A stretch of DNA of 64,000 nucleotides from an uncultured Candidatus Binatia bacterium. Its GTDB lineage: Bacteria > Desulfobacterota > Binatia > UBA9968 > JAJDTQ01. Below the pieces are notes generated by a model. The model ran no database searches, was not told the DNA's origin, and saw only the letters and a program-made list of their open reading frames with translations. The DNA lies in NCBI GenBank assembly GCA_965213675.1, contig OZ243916.1, positions 1,664,001 through 1,728,000 on the forward strand, read 5' to 3'. Positions 54,207 through 64,000 of this stretch are shown piece by piece (position 1 is the first letter of the stretch; the number at the start of each line of letters is the position of its first letter). Both the position numbers and the translations under genes were made by a program.

Positions 54207-55241
54207 TCAAAACGCCGGGGCCACATGACGGCTGAAGCGCTCCATGGAGGCCAGGACCTTGTCCTGGGTGAGGCCGCCGAAGTGGAAGCAGAGGCCGATG
54301 TGGGTGGGGCCCACCACGTCGATAATGCTCTGGAGGTGCGCGATGCAGGTGTCGGGTCCGCCGAAGACGCCGCGGTTGTCCTGCACCATGGCGTCGTAGG
54401 CCAGGCGCGCGTAGATCTTGTCCAACATGGGCACCCGGGCGGGGTCGAGGCGCACCTCGTCAAGGGCAAACTCGCGCCAGCGATGCCAGGCGTCCTCCAC
54501 CTCGGCGCGGGCGCGGTCGTCGTCCCCGCCCACGTAGATCGGGTACATGACGAAGACGTCGTGGTCCCGCTCGGAGAATCCCGCTTGCCGGAGGCTTTCG
54601 AGATAGACCTCGATGCGCGGGCGCTGCTCGGCGTTGCTACCGATCCACGGCAGGGTCATCAGGTGGTAGCCATTGCGGCCGATCATGCGGAAGTTGTCCA
54701 GATCGCGGTTGGCGGGGACGTAGACCGGCGGGTGGGGATGCTGGCGCGGCTTGGGGCGCACGGTCATGCCGTGGTAGCTGAAATACTCCCCGTCCCACTC
54801 CACCGTGTCCTCGGTCCACGCCATGCGGATGATGTCGAGCGCCTCCACCAACCGGGGCTGGGCCGTGGGCCAATCCCAACCATACACCTCGTACTCATGG
54901 GGGCTCATGCCCCGGCCGGCGCCAAACAGCACCCGCCCCTCGGAGAGGACGTCGAGCATGGCGTAGTCTTCGGCGATCTGCAGCGGATGGTGCATGGGCA
55001 CCAGCGACACCGCCGAACCGAGCTGAATGCGGCGGGTGCGCTGGGAGGCGGCGGACAGCAACATCTGCGGGCTGGGCATCATGCCGCCGAACAGGCGGAA
55101 ATGGTGCTCGGTGACCCACAGGCTGTGGAAACCCAGGTTCTCCGCGGCGTCGATCTGCTCCAGCCAGCGGGCATAGAGCTCGCGCGAGTCGCCGTCCAAC
55201 TCGGGAACGTAGGTATTGAGGAGGTAGTATCCGAACTTCAT
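54207..55241 (-). CDS. LLM-class flavin-dependent oxidoreductase
   Basis: WVTEHHF, PSPQMLL, HPLQIAEDYAMLDVLSEGR and PRQHPHPP. Confidence 0.92.
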   Translation of the reverse strand: MKFGYYLLNTYVPELDGDSRELYARWLEQIDAAENLGFHSLWVTEHHFRLFGGMMPSPQMLLSAASQRTRRIQLGSAVSLVPMHHPLQIAEDYAMLDVLSEGRVLFGAGRGMSPHEYEVYGWDWPTAQPRLVEALDIIRMAWTEDTVEWDGEYFSYHGMTVRPKPRQHPHPPVYVPANRDLDNFRMIGRNGYHLMTLPWIGSNAEQRPRIEVYLESLRQAGFSERDHDVFVMYPIYVGGDDDRARAEVEDAWHRWREFALDEVRLDPARVPMLDKIYARLAYDAMVQDNRGVFGGPDTCIAHLQSIIDVVGPTHIGLCFHFGGLTQDKVLASMERFSRHVAPAF

Positions 55242-55342
55242 GGCCGTCCCTTGCGTTCCGTGGAATGGTCTCCCTGCGACGTCGCTCGGCTACGCCTCGC
55301 TATGCTCACGACGAACGGTCTGATGGCGGCAACGGTCACTCC

Positions 55343-56566
55343 CTACCCCAACCGTTGCCGCAACGCGCCCAGGTCGGGGGCGATGGGTTCGACGTCGCTG
55401 TCCGGGGCCGCGACACTGCCGACCTGCTTCAACCCGTGGCCGGTGACGTTGCACACCACCATGTCGTCCGCACCGATGACGCTCTCATTCCGAAGACGGA
55501 TGGCGGCGGCGACGGATGTGGCCGCCGCGGGCTCGGCGAAAATGCCGGTCATGCGCGCCAGCAAACCCTGGGCCTCGAGGATCTCCTCGTCCGACAACGC
55601 CACGCCGGCGCCGCCGCTGGCGCGCACGGCGCGCAGCGCCCGCAGTCCCAGCGCGCGCGGGTTGCCTACCTGGATGCTCTCGGCCACCGTGGTCCCCGCG
55701 CTCACGGGCTCCACGGTGGCGGCGCCGCTTTGCCACGCGGCGACGATGGGCGCGGCGGCCGTGCTCTGGGCCGCCACCAGTCGGGGGAAGCGGTGCGCCC
55801 AGCCGAGGCCGTGCAGTTCCTGGTAGCCCTTCCACAGGGCCGCGAGGCCCGCGCCTCCGGCGGTGGGGTGAATGATCCAGTGCGGCACGTGCTCGTCCAA
55901 CTGGTCGAACAGCTCGAAGGCGTAGGACTTCTTGCCCTCGTTGCGGTACGGGTTCGTGGACAGGCAGTCGTACCAGCCGAATTCCTTGACCGCCGCGCGA
56001 TAAAAGGCGCCCATGCCGTCGAGGTCCGTGTCCACCGTGACCACCGTGGCGCCGCAGACGCGCGCCTGAACCACCTTGGCCGCGTCCGTGCCCGCCGGCA
56101 CCATGACCACGCTGCGCAGCCCAGCCGCCGCGGCGTAGGCGGCCACCGAAGCCGCGGCATTGCCGGTGGACGGCACCGCCACGGTATCGAACCCCAGTTC
56201 GACGGCGCGGGAAATGCCCACGCTGTTGCTGCGATCCTTGAGGGAGCCCGTGGGCAGCAGCGTATCGTTCTTGACGTAGAGTCGCTCCATCCCCAAGTGC
56301 TCACCCAGCCTGCGGCAACGGGTGACCGGGGTGTAGCCCTCGCCCAGGGACACCACCGAACTGCGGTGCTTCACCGGGAAGAAATCGAACCAGCGCCACA
56401 GACTCTTGTCCGCGCTGGCGCGGATGACGCGCACGTCCGAACGAGTCAGGTGCCCGAGGTCCACGTGCGCCTCCAGCACGGCATCACACGCGCCGCACGC
56501 GAAGGTGTCGTCGGTCACCGCCTCCCAGCCGCACTGCGGACAGCGCAATGCCGCGATCCTACCCAT
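55343..56566 (-). CDS. thrC: Threonine synthase-like PLP enzyme
   Basis: N-terminal CxxC..CxxC, SLGEGYTP, PTGSLKDR, STGNAAAS, EGKKS and VTGHGLK. Confidence 0.85.
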   Translation of the reverse strand: MGRIAALRCPQCGWEAVTDDTFACGACDAVLEAHVDLGHLTRSDVRVIRASADKSLWRWFDFFPVKHRSSVVSLGEGYTPVTRCRRLGEHLGMERLYVKNDTLLPTGSLKDRSNSVGISRAVELGFDTVAVPSTGNAAASVAAYAAAAGLRSVVMVPAGTDAAKVVQARVCGATVVTVDTDLDGMGAFYRAAVKEFGWYDCLSTNPYRNEGKKSYAFELFDQLDEHVPHWIIHPTAGGAGLAALWKGYQELHGLGWAHRFPRLVAAQSTAAAPIVAAWQSGAATVEPVSAGTTVAESIQVGNPRALGLRALRAVRASGGAGVALSDEEILEAQGLLARMTGIFAEPAAATSVAAAIRLRNESVIGADDMVVCNVTGHGLKQVGSVAAPDSDVEPIAPDLGALRQRLG

Positions 56567-56573
56567 GATCCCC

Positions 56574-59468
56574 TCAGGCCCCCGCTTCCCGGGCGTCTTC
56601 CCACAGCACCTCCACCGGATGAAGCGCCCGGCGCCCGGCGAGATGTTCGATCTGCTGCCGGCAGGAGATGCCCGAGGCCACGACCCGCATGTCCTCCGCG
56701 GCGGACTCCACCGCCGGCACCAGGCGCCGGTTGGCGATGGTGACGGACACGTCGTAGTGCTCCTTTTCGAAGCCGAAGGAACCGGCCATGCCGCAGCAGC
56801 CGGAGTCCACCTCGCGCACCTCGTGCCCGGCGTCGCGCAGCACCGATACGGTGGGCGCCATGCCCACCAGCGCCTTCTGGTGGCAATGGCCGTGCAGCAG
56901 CACCGGCGGCCTGGGTGACGCGCCGTTCTTCCACGCGCCAGCGACGCCGTCGCGCGCAAGCAGTTCCTCGATGAGCAGCGTCCGGTCCGCCACCAGACGC
57001 GACGGCTCGTTGCGCAGCAGGTCGGGATATTCGTCCCGCAACGTCAGGATGCAGGACGGCTCCAGGCCCACCACGCGCACTCCCTGCTCCACGTGGGGCA
57101 ACAGCCGGGCGACGTTCCAGGCGGCGTTGTCCCGGGCTTCCTGCAACATGCCCTTGGAGATCATCGGCCGGCCGCAGCAGCGCCGGGGCACGGTCAACAC
57201 GCGATAGTCCAGATGTTCCAGCAGGCGCGTGGCCGCCACTGCCACGTCGGGGGTGTTGTAGGTGTTGAAGGTGTCGTGGAACAGGATCACCGAGCCGCGG
57301 GAACCGTTGCCGGCCGTGGCGTGCCTCTTCCACCAGTCCTCGAAGTTGTGGCGCGCGAAGCTCGGCAGCGGGCGCCGGCGGTCGATGCCCAGGAGGCGGT
57401 CCAGGAGCCAGCGGCTCACCGGATTGGCGTTGGCCCGGTTGGCCACGGGCGCGAGCAGCGATCCCCAACGGCTCAGGGAGCCGATGCGGCCGAACAGGCG
57501 ATTGCGCAGCGAGACCCCGTGGACCTGCTGGTAATGGTGCAGGAACTCGTATTTGAGCTTGGCCATGTCCACGTTGGACGGGCATTCGGCCTTGCACCCC
57601 TTGCATTCGAGGCAGAGGTCCAGCACGTCGTGGAGTCCTTCGCCGGTGAACTCCGAACGCGGCACCTTCCCCGACAGCACCGCGCGAAAGGCGGTGGCGC
57701 GCCCGCGCGTCGAGTGTTTCTCCTCCAGCGTGGCCATGTAGGACGGGCACATGGTGCCGCCCAGGGTCTTGCGGCACGCGCCCGTGCCGTTGCACATCTC
57801 CACCGCGGCCACCAAGCCCCCCTGATCGCTGAAGTCCAGCATGGTCTGGGGTTGCCAGGTCTTGTAGGAGGTGCCGTAGCGGAGCGAGTCGGTCATGGCC
57901 GGGGCATCCACGATCTTGCCGGGATTGAGCAGATTGTGCGGGTCGAACAGCCGTTTGACCTTGCGGAACTCCTGATACAGCTCGGGACCGAACAGCTTCT
58001 CGTTCAGGTGGCTGCGCGCCAGACCGTCGCCGTGCTCGCCGGACATGGCGCCGCCGAACTCCATCACCAGGTCCGAGATCTCGCGCGAGATCCGCGTCAT
58101 CTTGTCGACCTCGCCCGCCTCCTTGAGGTTGATGAACGGGCGGATGTGCATGCACCCCACCGAGCAGTGGCCGTAGTAGCCGGCGCGCACGCCGTGGCCG
58201 CCGAGGATCTCGCGAAAGCGCTTGATGAATTCCGGCAGCTTCACCGGGTCCACCGCCGTGTCCTCGACAAAGGCGATGGGCTTCTTCTCGCCCTTGACGC
58301 CCAGAAGGAGCCCCAGGCCGGCCTTGCGCACGCCCCAGATCCGGTTCACCTCGGCCGGCTCGTACGCCAGCGAGGCCGCATAACCCATGCCCTCGCGCTT
58401 TCGCAGCGCCTCCAGCCGGTCCACCTTGTCGCGCACTTCCTCGGCGCTGTCCCCGTCGTACTCCACCATGAGGATGGCGTCGGGGTCGCCCTGCACGAAT
58501 CCCAGCCGCTTGGACTGCTCGATGTTGTTGCGCGCCAGTTCCAGGATGGGCTTGTCGGTCAGCTCCGTGGCGTAGGGATTGGTGGCGAGGATCGTTTCCG
58601 ACACGGCCAGGGCGTCCTGGATATCGTGGAAGTGGAGCACGTCCAGCGCGGTGAACCTGGGTTTGGGAACGAGACGCATCTTCGCTTCCACCACGCACGC
58701 CAGGGTCCCCTCGGAGCCCACGATGAGTCGCGCGAGGTTGAAGGGCTGGTCCTTGGTGAACTCGTCCAGATTGTAGCCCGAGACCCGGCGCATGAGCTTG
58801 GGATAGCGCTCGGCGATGAGCGCGCGGGCGGAGTCCACCAGCGGCGGCAGGTCGCGGTAGATGCGGCTCTCCAGACTCTTGCCCGCCTGCCGGGAGGCCA
58901 TGACGTCGGGCGGCAGATCACGCAGCACCACCTCGCTGCCGTCCGCCAGGAGCACGGTCAACTCCAGCACGTGATCCAGGGTCTTGCCGTAAACGATGGA
59001 GTGGGCGCCGGCGGAGTTGTTGCCGATCATGCCGCCGATGGTAGCCCGGTTCGACGTGGACGTGTCCGGGCCGAACAGCATTCCCATGGGCGCCACGTGG
59101 GAGTTCAGGGCGTCCTGCACAAGCCCCGGCTGAACCCGGCACCACAGTTCCTCCGGATTCACCTCCAGCACCTGGTTCATGTATTTGGAGAAGTCCATGA
59201 CGATGGCGTGGCCCACCGTCTGGCCCGCCAGCGAGGTGCCGCCGCCGCGGGCGAGCACCGGAACCCGGTGTCTGTTGGCCACCTCGATGACGGCCTGGAC
59301 ATCCCCCTTGTGGCGCGGAACCACCACGCCCACGGGCTCGATCTGATAGATGGAGGCGTCCGTCGCGTAGAGCAACCGGGAGTAGTGGTCGAACCGCACC
59401 TCCCCCTCCACGCGCTTGCGGAGCTCGGCCTCGGTCTCCCGGTAATCCTGCATACCTTCACGCGCCAT
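56574..59468 (-). CDS. FAD-linked oxidase with C-terminal Fe-S/CCG domains (YdiJ/GlcD-F fusion, D-2-hydroxyacid dehydrogenase-like)
   Basis: YATDASIY, RGGGTSLAGQ, GSEGTL, GEHGDG, CNGTGAC, CLECKGCKAECP and CCGMAGSFG. Confidence 0.93.
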   Translation of the reverse strand: MAREGMQDYRETEAELRKRVEGEVRFDHYSRLLYATDASIYQIEPVGVVVPRHKGDVQAVIEVANRHRVPVLARGGGTSLAGQTVGHAIVMDFSKYMNQVLEVNPEELWCRVQPGLVQDALNSHVAPMGMLFGPDTSTSNRATIGGMIGNNSAGAHSIVYGKTLDHVLELTVLLADGSEVVLRDLPPDVMASRQAGKSLESRIYRDLPPLVDSARALIAERYPKLMRRVSGYNLDEFTKDQPFNLARLIVGSEGTLACVVEAKMRLVPKPRFTALDVLHFHDIQDALAVSETILATNPYATELTDKPILELARNNIEQSKRLGFVQGDPDAILMVEYDGDSAEEVRDKVDRLEALRKREGMGYAASLAYEPAEVNRIWGVRKAGLGLLLGVKGEKKPIAFVEDTAVDPVKLPEFIKRFREILGGHGVRAGYYGHCSVGCMHIRPFINLKEAGEVDKMTRISREISDLVMEFGGAMSGEHGDGLARSHLNEKLFGPELYQEFRKVKRLFDPHNLLNPGKIVDAPAMTDSLRYGTSYKTWQPQTMLDFSDQGGLVAAVEMCNGTGACRKTLGGTMCPSYMATLEEKHSTRGRATAFRAVLSGKVPRSEFTGEGLHDVLDLCLECKGCKAECPSNVDMAKLKYEFLHHYQQVHGVSLRNRLFGRIGSLSRWGSLLAPVANRANANPVSRWLLDRLLGIDRRRPLPSFARHNFEDWWKRHATAGNGSRGSVILFHDTFNTYNTPDVAVAATRLLEHLDYRVLTVPRRCCGRPMISKGMLQEARDNAAWNVARLLPHVEQGVRVVGLEPSCILTLRDEYPDLLRNEPSRLVADRTLLIEELLARDGVAGAWKNGASPRPPVLLHGHCHQKALVGMAPTVSVLRDAGHEVREVDSGCCGMAGSFGFEKEHYDVSVTIANRRLVPAVESAAEDMRVVASGISCRQQIEHLAGRRALHPVEVLWEDAREAGA

Positions 59469-59743
59469 GGGGAATGCTCCTCGTAGCCATCCGGTCTTGA
59501 CGTACCGGCCCTGCGACGGCGGTTCCGGGGGCATTCAGGATTCTTCCCTTCAAGTCCCGTTCGTCACCGTCCCGGGCGCTCCTTCCGTATACCGCATGCG
59601 TTTCCAATGCTGAAGCGGGCGCGAGCACGCCCCGAAACGACCCGCGCCTGGCGGGTGTCGACCGTGCGTTGATGGAGACGGGCACCCGCGCCGGCGCTAC
59701 CCATGCCGGACGGCGCCACTGACACCGCCGGTCTCAAGCCGGG

Positions 59744-60448
59744 TCAAGCCCGTACAGGTGTGTCGTCCAGCAAAGTCCGGGCCGTTCGGAAGACACTGTG
59801 GAACATGGAGGCGGTCAGCCGGCCGGTGAAGGTGTTCTGCTGGCTGGGGTGGTAGGAACCCAGCAACGTGACGCCGTTGTCGAGATCCTGACGGCTTCCG
59901 TGGCCGAAGCGCGGACGCGGGCGTGGGAGCGTCCCGCCCTGCTCAACCACTGCCTTGAGATAGGCGTCGAAGGCGATCTTGCCCAGCGCGATGACCACGC
60001 GCAGGCGTGGGAACAGGCGAAGCTCGCGCACCAGGTAGCCGCGGCAGTTGTCGAATTCATCCCGCGCGGGCTTGTTGGCGGGGGGCGCGCAACGGACGGC
60101 CGCGGAGATGTAGCAGTCGGCGAGTTCCAGGCCGTCGTCGCGGTCCACAGACTCGGCCTGATTGGCAAAGCCGTGCTCGAAGAGCGCGCCGTACAGCCAG
60201 TCGCCGCTGCGGTCGCCAGTGAACATGCGCCCGGTGCGGTTGCCGCCGTGGGCGGCCGGCGCCAAACCCACCACAAGAAGCCGCGCGCCGGGATCGCCGA
60301 AAGCCGGCAGGGGCCGTCCCCAATACGCGAGCCCGCGGTACCGGCGCGGCGGATTGGCCGCGGCCTCGGCCCGCCAGGCTACCAACCGGGGGCACTTCCG
60401 GCACCGGATGACCGCCCGGTTGATCCGTTGGAGTGAATCGGTAGGCAT
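59744..60448 (-). CDS. udgB: Uracil-DNA glycosylase family 5 (UdgB)
   Basis: CRKCPRL, GLAPAAHGGNRTGRMFTGDRSG, RCAPPANKP and YHPSQQNT. Confidence 0.93.
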   Translation of the reverse strand: MPTDSLQRINRAVIRCRKCPRLVAWRAEAAANPPRRYRGLAYWGRPLPAFGDPGARLLVVGLAPAAHGGNRTGRMFTGDRSGDWLYGALFEHGFANQAESVDRDDGLELADCYISAAVRCAPPANKPARDEFDNCRGYLVRELRLFPRLRVVIALGKIAFDAYLKAVVEQGGTLPRPRPRFGHGSRQDLDNGVTLLGSYHPSQQNTFTGRLTASMFHSVFRTARTLLDDTPVRA

Positions 60449-60495
60449 GCACCGAGGAAATAGCGCATGCGACCGCAACGCACCACCCGCCCCAC

Positions 60496-60592
60496 CTGGA
60501 TTCCCGCCGGCGATCAGGTCGAGGGTAAACCCCCGATCGGGTCGAGGGTAAACTTTTGCGGGAATGACATTTGTGCGCTGTGGGAATGACGA
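60496..60592. repeat. Degenerate dRS3-like repeat with internal duplication
   Basis: tggattcccgcc...gatcaggtcgagggtaaac ccccgatcgggtcgagggtaaac ttttgcgggaatgac...gggaatgacg. Confidence 0.75.
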
Positions 60593-60735
60593 AAGACGCG
60601 AACCGGGAAGGACGAAGGAGCAAGCGGACTCTGGAGTGTACAGGGGTGGGCAGGAAAGACTCTTGCGTTTCCCAGGGTTGTGCGCTATTCACGCGGTCAG
60701 CAATTTGTATTCCAAGCCGTCGTGTCTTGCCCAAC

Positions 60736-61758
60736 ATGTCCGTCTTCAAGATCATATGGATCGCGGTCGTAGGGATCGCGGCACTCGCGTTGCTCCTGGC
60801 TTCGCCCGGGATTGCGTCCCAACGGGTCGCCCTGGTCATCGGCAACAGCGACTACACGCGCATTGCCGCGCTCGACAGTCCGGTGAACGACGCGCATTTG
60901 ATGACGGCGGCCCTCCGAAGAGTCGGCTTCGACGTCATCGACGGGACCGACATGACCAAGGGCGCGATGGAGTCGGCCATCATCGACTTCGGCCGGCGCC
61001 TGCGCGGGGCGGGACCTCACGCCCAAGGGCTGTTCTACTATTCCGGACACGGAGTTCAGTCGCGCGGGGTCAACTATCTAATTCCGCTGGATGCGCCCAT
61101 CACCGAGGAGAGCCACCTGGCGATCAAGGCGGTGCCCGCGTGGTGGGTGCTGGACCAGATGGACGACGCGCAGAACCGGCTGAACCTCGTGGTGCTCGAT
61201 GCCTGCCGCAACAACCCCTTCAAGGCCGGCAGGGACAAGAACCCCATTGGCCGGGGCGGGTTGCAGGTGGTCGACGCGCCCACCGGCACCTTGATCGCCT
61301 ACGCCGCGGCGCCGGGCAGAGTCGCCTTTGACGGACGCGGGGTGAATTCCATCTACTCCCCATTTACCCAGGCTTTGGTCGAGGCCATGGAACTTCCAGG
61401 TCTGCAAGTCGAAGATGTCCTGAAGCGCGTGCGAAAGACCGTGCGTACAAGGACCGAAAACCGCCAGCAGCCGTGGTGGGCAAGCTCGCTGGAGGGGCGT
61501 TTCACGTTCCGCGGCCAGTCTTCCGATGGAGTCCCGGATGCTGTGGAGTCCGCTGCGGCGACGCCGGTCCTCCCTGATACAAGGGCGCGGAGCCGGGGTT
61601 TCGTCAAGCCATTGGTCCTCGACGACACCGACAGCCGGTTGTGGCTGAGGGTCAAGGGAAGCTGCGTCCTCGTGGACGAGTACTACAAGCGCTATCCCAA
61701 CGGCCGGCACATCTCGGAGTACTGGGAAAGAAGACGCGAGTGCGCCGCCGCGCCCTGA
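60736..61758 (+). CDS. Secreted caspase-like (peptidase C14) protein
   Basis: Signal peptide, RVALVIGNSDY, catalytic YSGHG and LDACR, SPFTQAL and QQPW. Confidence 0.9.
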   Translation: MSVFKIIWIAVVGIAALALLLASPGIASQRVALVIGNSDYTRIAALDSPVNDAHLMTAALRRVGFDVIDGTDMTKGAMESAIIDFGRRLRGAGPHAQGLFYYSGHGVQSRGVNYLIPLDAPITEESHLAIKAVPAWWVLDQMDDAQNRLNLVVLDACRNNPFKAGRDKNPIGRGGLQVVDAPTGTLIAYAAAPGRVAFDGRGVNSIYSPFTQALVEAMELPGLQVEDVLKRVRKTVRTRTENRQQPWWASSLEGRFTFRGQSSDGVPDAVESAAATPVLPDTRARSRGFVKPLVLDDTDSRLWLRVKGSCVLVDEYYKRYPNGRHISEYWERRRECAAAP

Positions 61759-61829
61759 TGTCCCCGACCCTCCACCCCCTCTTCATCACGTCGTTCCACC
61801 TCATCACTTCGTTGCACTCGCCCGGCGGT

Positions 61830-63840
61830 TCAGTGCAGCACCACCGCCAGCAATTCCCGCGGCACGCGGTTGACCATGACGGCGGCGGCCTCTTCGGTCG
61901 CTTCGGTCACCGGAACGATGGCGCACTGGCCGCTGCCGCCCCCGTTTCCATCCTGTCCAAACCGCCCCGCGTTGCCCTCGTTGCCGCCGGCGCCCCGTTC
62001 AGGCCGGTTCGTGAAAGGGTCGTTCGCGATATGTTCGTCCAGCTCCGGGATTTCCCCGGGCGCCCCGGGGCCTCCGGGGGCTCCGTCACGACCGCCGGCG
62101 CCGCCTTGGCCGCCCGCACAGTCGAGCACGACGGCGGTCTCGAGTTCACGGGTGGCGAGTATCACCGTGATGTTCCCACCCTGGCCGCCATCGCCGCCAT
62201 TGCCCCCTTCGCCGCCGTCACCCCCGTCCCCGCCATCGCCGGAGAAGTAGCCGTTGCCGCCCGTCCCGCCCCGGCCGCCGGCGCCGCCATCACCCCCATT
62301 GCCGCCGTCACCGCCCCGGCTGGAGATGGTAAGGGGCGCGCCGTGGAGACGGCGGATGTAATACGCGGGCGGCTCCCCGGGGGCGCGCACCTCCAACAGC
62401 ACCAACCGTTCCAACGGCGTCGAGCGTGCGCACCTCGCGGGCCACCACCCGGAGGTCCGGTCCGTAACCGCCATGCGTCCCGTGCTGGCCGAAACCGCCG
62501 CGCCCGCCGGACCGGCCGTCGCCGGCGCGACCGAACATGCGGCCGTTGTCGCGCCCGCGCGCCCCGTCGCGGCCGTTCCGTCCGGGGCTGCCGTCCCGGC
62601 CCGGCCTCCCCGTGAAAGACAGCACGTCCTGCTTCATGAGCGGGACGAGACCGAGAAAGTCGGCGGCGTACCGTTGCCGGATCGACAAGGCGCCCGCACC
62701 GGACGCATCCCGGTATTCCACCGAAACGACGAGCGAGCGGCCGATGAGCGTCCTGGGCTTGGCGAAGCGCACCGTATGAGTCCTGGGCTCGTAGACCCCG
62801 TTCTCCACCCGAACCACCAACCGCGACGGGGGCAGCGGGTACGTGTTGTCGAGGTGCGATCCTCGTCCTTCGCGACCCAGGACCCAGGTCCTTCCGGCGG
62901 CATCCTTCACCCTCAGGTCCAGTCTGGCGCTTTCGCCCGGTATGATCGTTCGGACGCCGGCCAGCGGCCCGGCGAACTCCATGGACGAGACCGCATCGCC
63001 ATCCGGCCCGCGCCAGATGGCGGCATCGTTGTCGAAGCGGAGAACCCGCGACGGGCCGCCGTCGCCGTATTCGATGGTTGCGCCGAACGGCGCTTCGCTG
63101 TCCGGAACCGCCGCGATCAGCGTCGTCCAGTCGTTGCCGGCGCTGGCGAGATGGGTCAGCCCGACCGTGAGCCGCGAGCGCGGGATGGGGAAATCGGCGT
63201 TGCCCGGCGCGAAGTTCCGCCCCTCGCGGTCTCGTGCGGTGATGGCGAGCCGGTACCGTTCGCCCGGAATGAGCGCGGCGCCCGGGGGGATCTCGTGCTC
63301 CGTGTCCCGATGCTGCCACAGAAGCCGGACGCGGAACTCCGTCACGTCGTCCGGCGCCGGCCCCTCGATGCGAGCGAAGTCGGGACGGTAACGCTGGACC
63401 GCCTGTATTTCCGGCGCGGTCTTGAGGGAGACGGCGATCTCGTAACCGGCTTCCGGAATTCGCCGGCGGTCCGCGCTGAGGTGAACCTCTCCCGTGCCGG
63501 GATCATAGTCCCCCCCTTGTACGGCAACCAGGAAATCCGCGGCGTTCTCGAGGCGGCGCTCCGTGCCCTCGCTGTCGGTGACAGTGATGTCACCCATGGA
63601 CAGGGTGGAGCCCGGCAACACCAGCGCACCTTCGGCCGGAGCCGCTCGCAGATGAAAGGTCAACGCCGCCGGGGGGACCTCGGGGACGGCGCAACCCGCG
63701 AGGAGCCAGAACGCCCACAGGCACATCGGCGGAAGGAGCGCCGGCAGCAGGGCCCGGTGCGGCCGGGAAGAGTTCGAGAGGTTCGAGGGCGCCATCACTG
63801 GAAATGCAGTCATAGCGCAGCAGTGGCCGGCCCGCCACAA
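61830..63840 (-). pseudogene. Collagen-like Gly-rich lipoprotein with three internal repeats, split by a +1 frameshift near 62414 (mutation or sequencing error)
   Basis: Lipobox LLAGC; ORF 62308-63840 reads DLRVVAREVRTLDA and the protein continues in ORF 61830-62474 as (V)ERLVLLEVRAPG...GGDGGNGG; junction gac gcc gtt gga acgg. Confidence 0.7.
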
Positions 63841-64000
63841 CCGCGTTGCCCGAGCACGGATCGGGGTCTCCGCGGACGGCCTCGATACGCCCGGAAACCC
63901 GCCGTTGACGCATCCGAACCGGTTTTGCTATACCCCTCGCAAACGCAAGGAATTTGCGTGCCTCTCGCCAACAAAAAGGGGATTCCCAGTGCCCGAATAT

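Noticed and set aside
59480-59580. Cobalamin-riboswitch-like fragment (gggaag-aatcc…tgcccccggaacc) upstream of the FAD oxidase
   Set aside because: Lacks the CCGGTG..AA.CC stem, GCCACTG and GAGNCAG.AGACC elements.
61784-61820. Short direct repeat tcatcacgtcgttccac / tcatcacttcgttgcac between convergent genes
   Set aside because: Two imperfect 17-mers only; no functional support.

Overview
High-GC bacterial chromosomal window. It is probably from a sponge-associated symbiont, an inference from the SupA-like type I PKS at the left edge. In order it contains: the 5' part of a KS-AT-DH type I PKS with an internally deleted NCS2 permease relic upstream; a nucleotidyltransferase-TPM-LemA operon; an unannotated 23-aa membrane peptide gene with its own promoter; a long minus-strand block for formamide/formate/aldehyde use (fmdA, AmiS/UreI channel, fmdB, Fluc, MobA-MoaD fusion, AOR, NAD-linked FDH); assorted metabolic genes; an AttEFGH-like ABC/lipocalin operon interrupted by an IS3 relic; trpBA, panE, ppiA, surE and argS; a roughly 10.6 kb defence island; then ppk2, an LLM oxidoreductase, a thrC-like gene, an FAD/Fe-S oxidase, udgB, a secreted caspase-like protein and a frameshifted collagen-like lipoprotein. 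The defence island holds a DUF3800 gene coupled to a BECR-like gene, a convergent candidate small RNA, a SepA-like gene, and a type I R-M system with an inserted Fic gene and a decayed duplicate of the hsdM 3' end. The best candidate for an undescribed system is the DUF3800 / BECR-like nuclease / small structured RNA module at 42433-43737. No tRNA, rRNA or CRISPR array was seen. All family calls come from motif recognition by eye, not from database searches.
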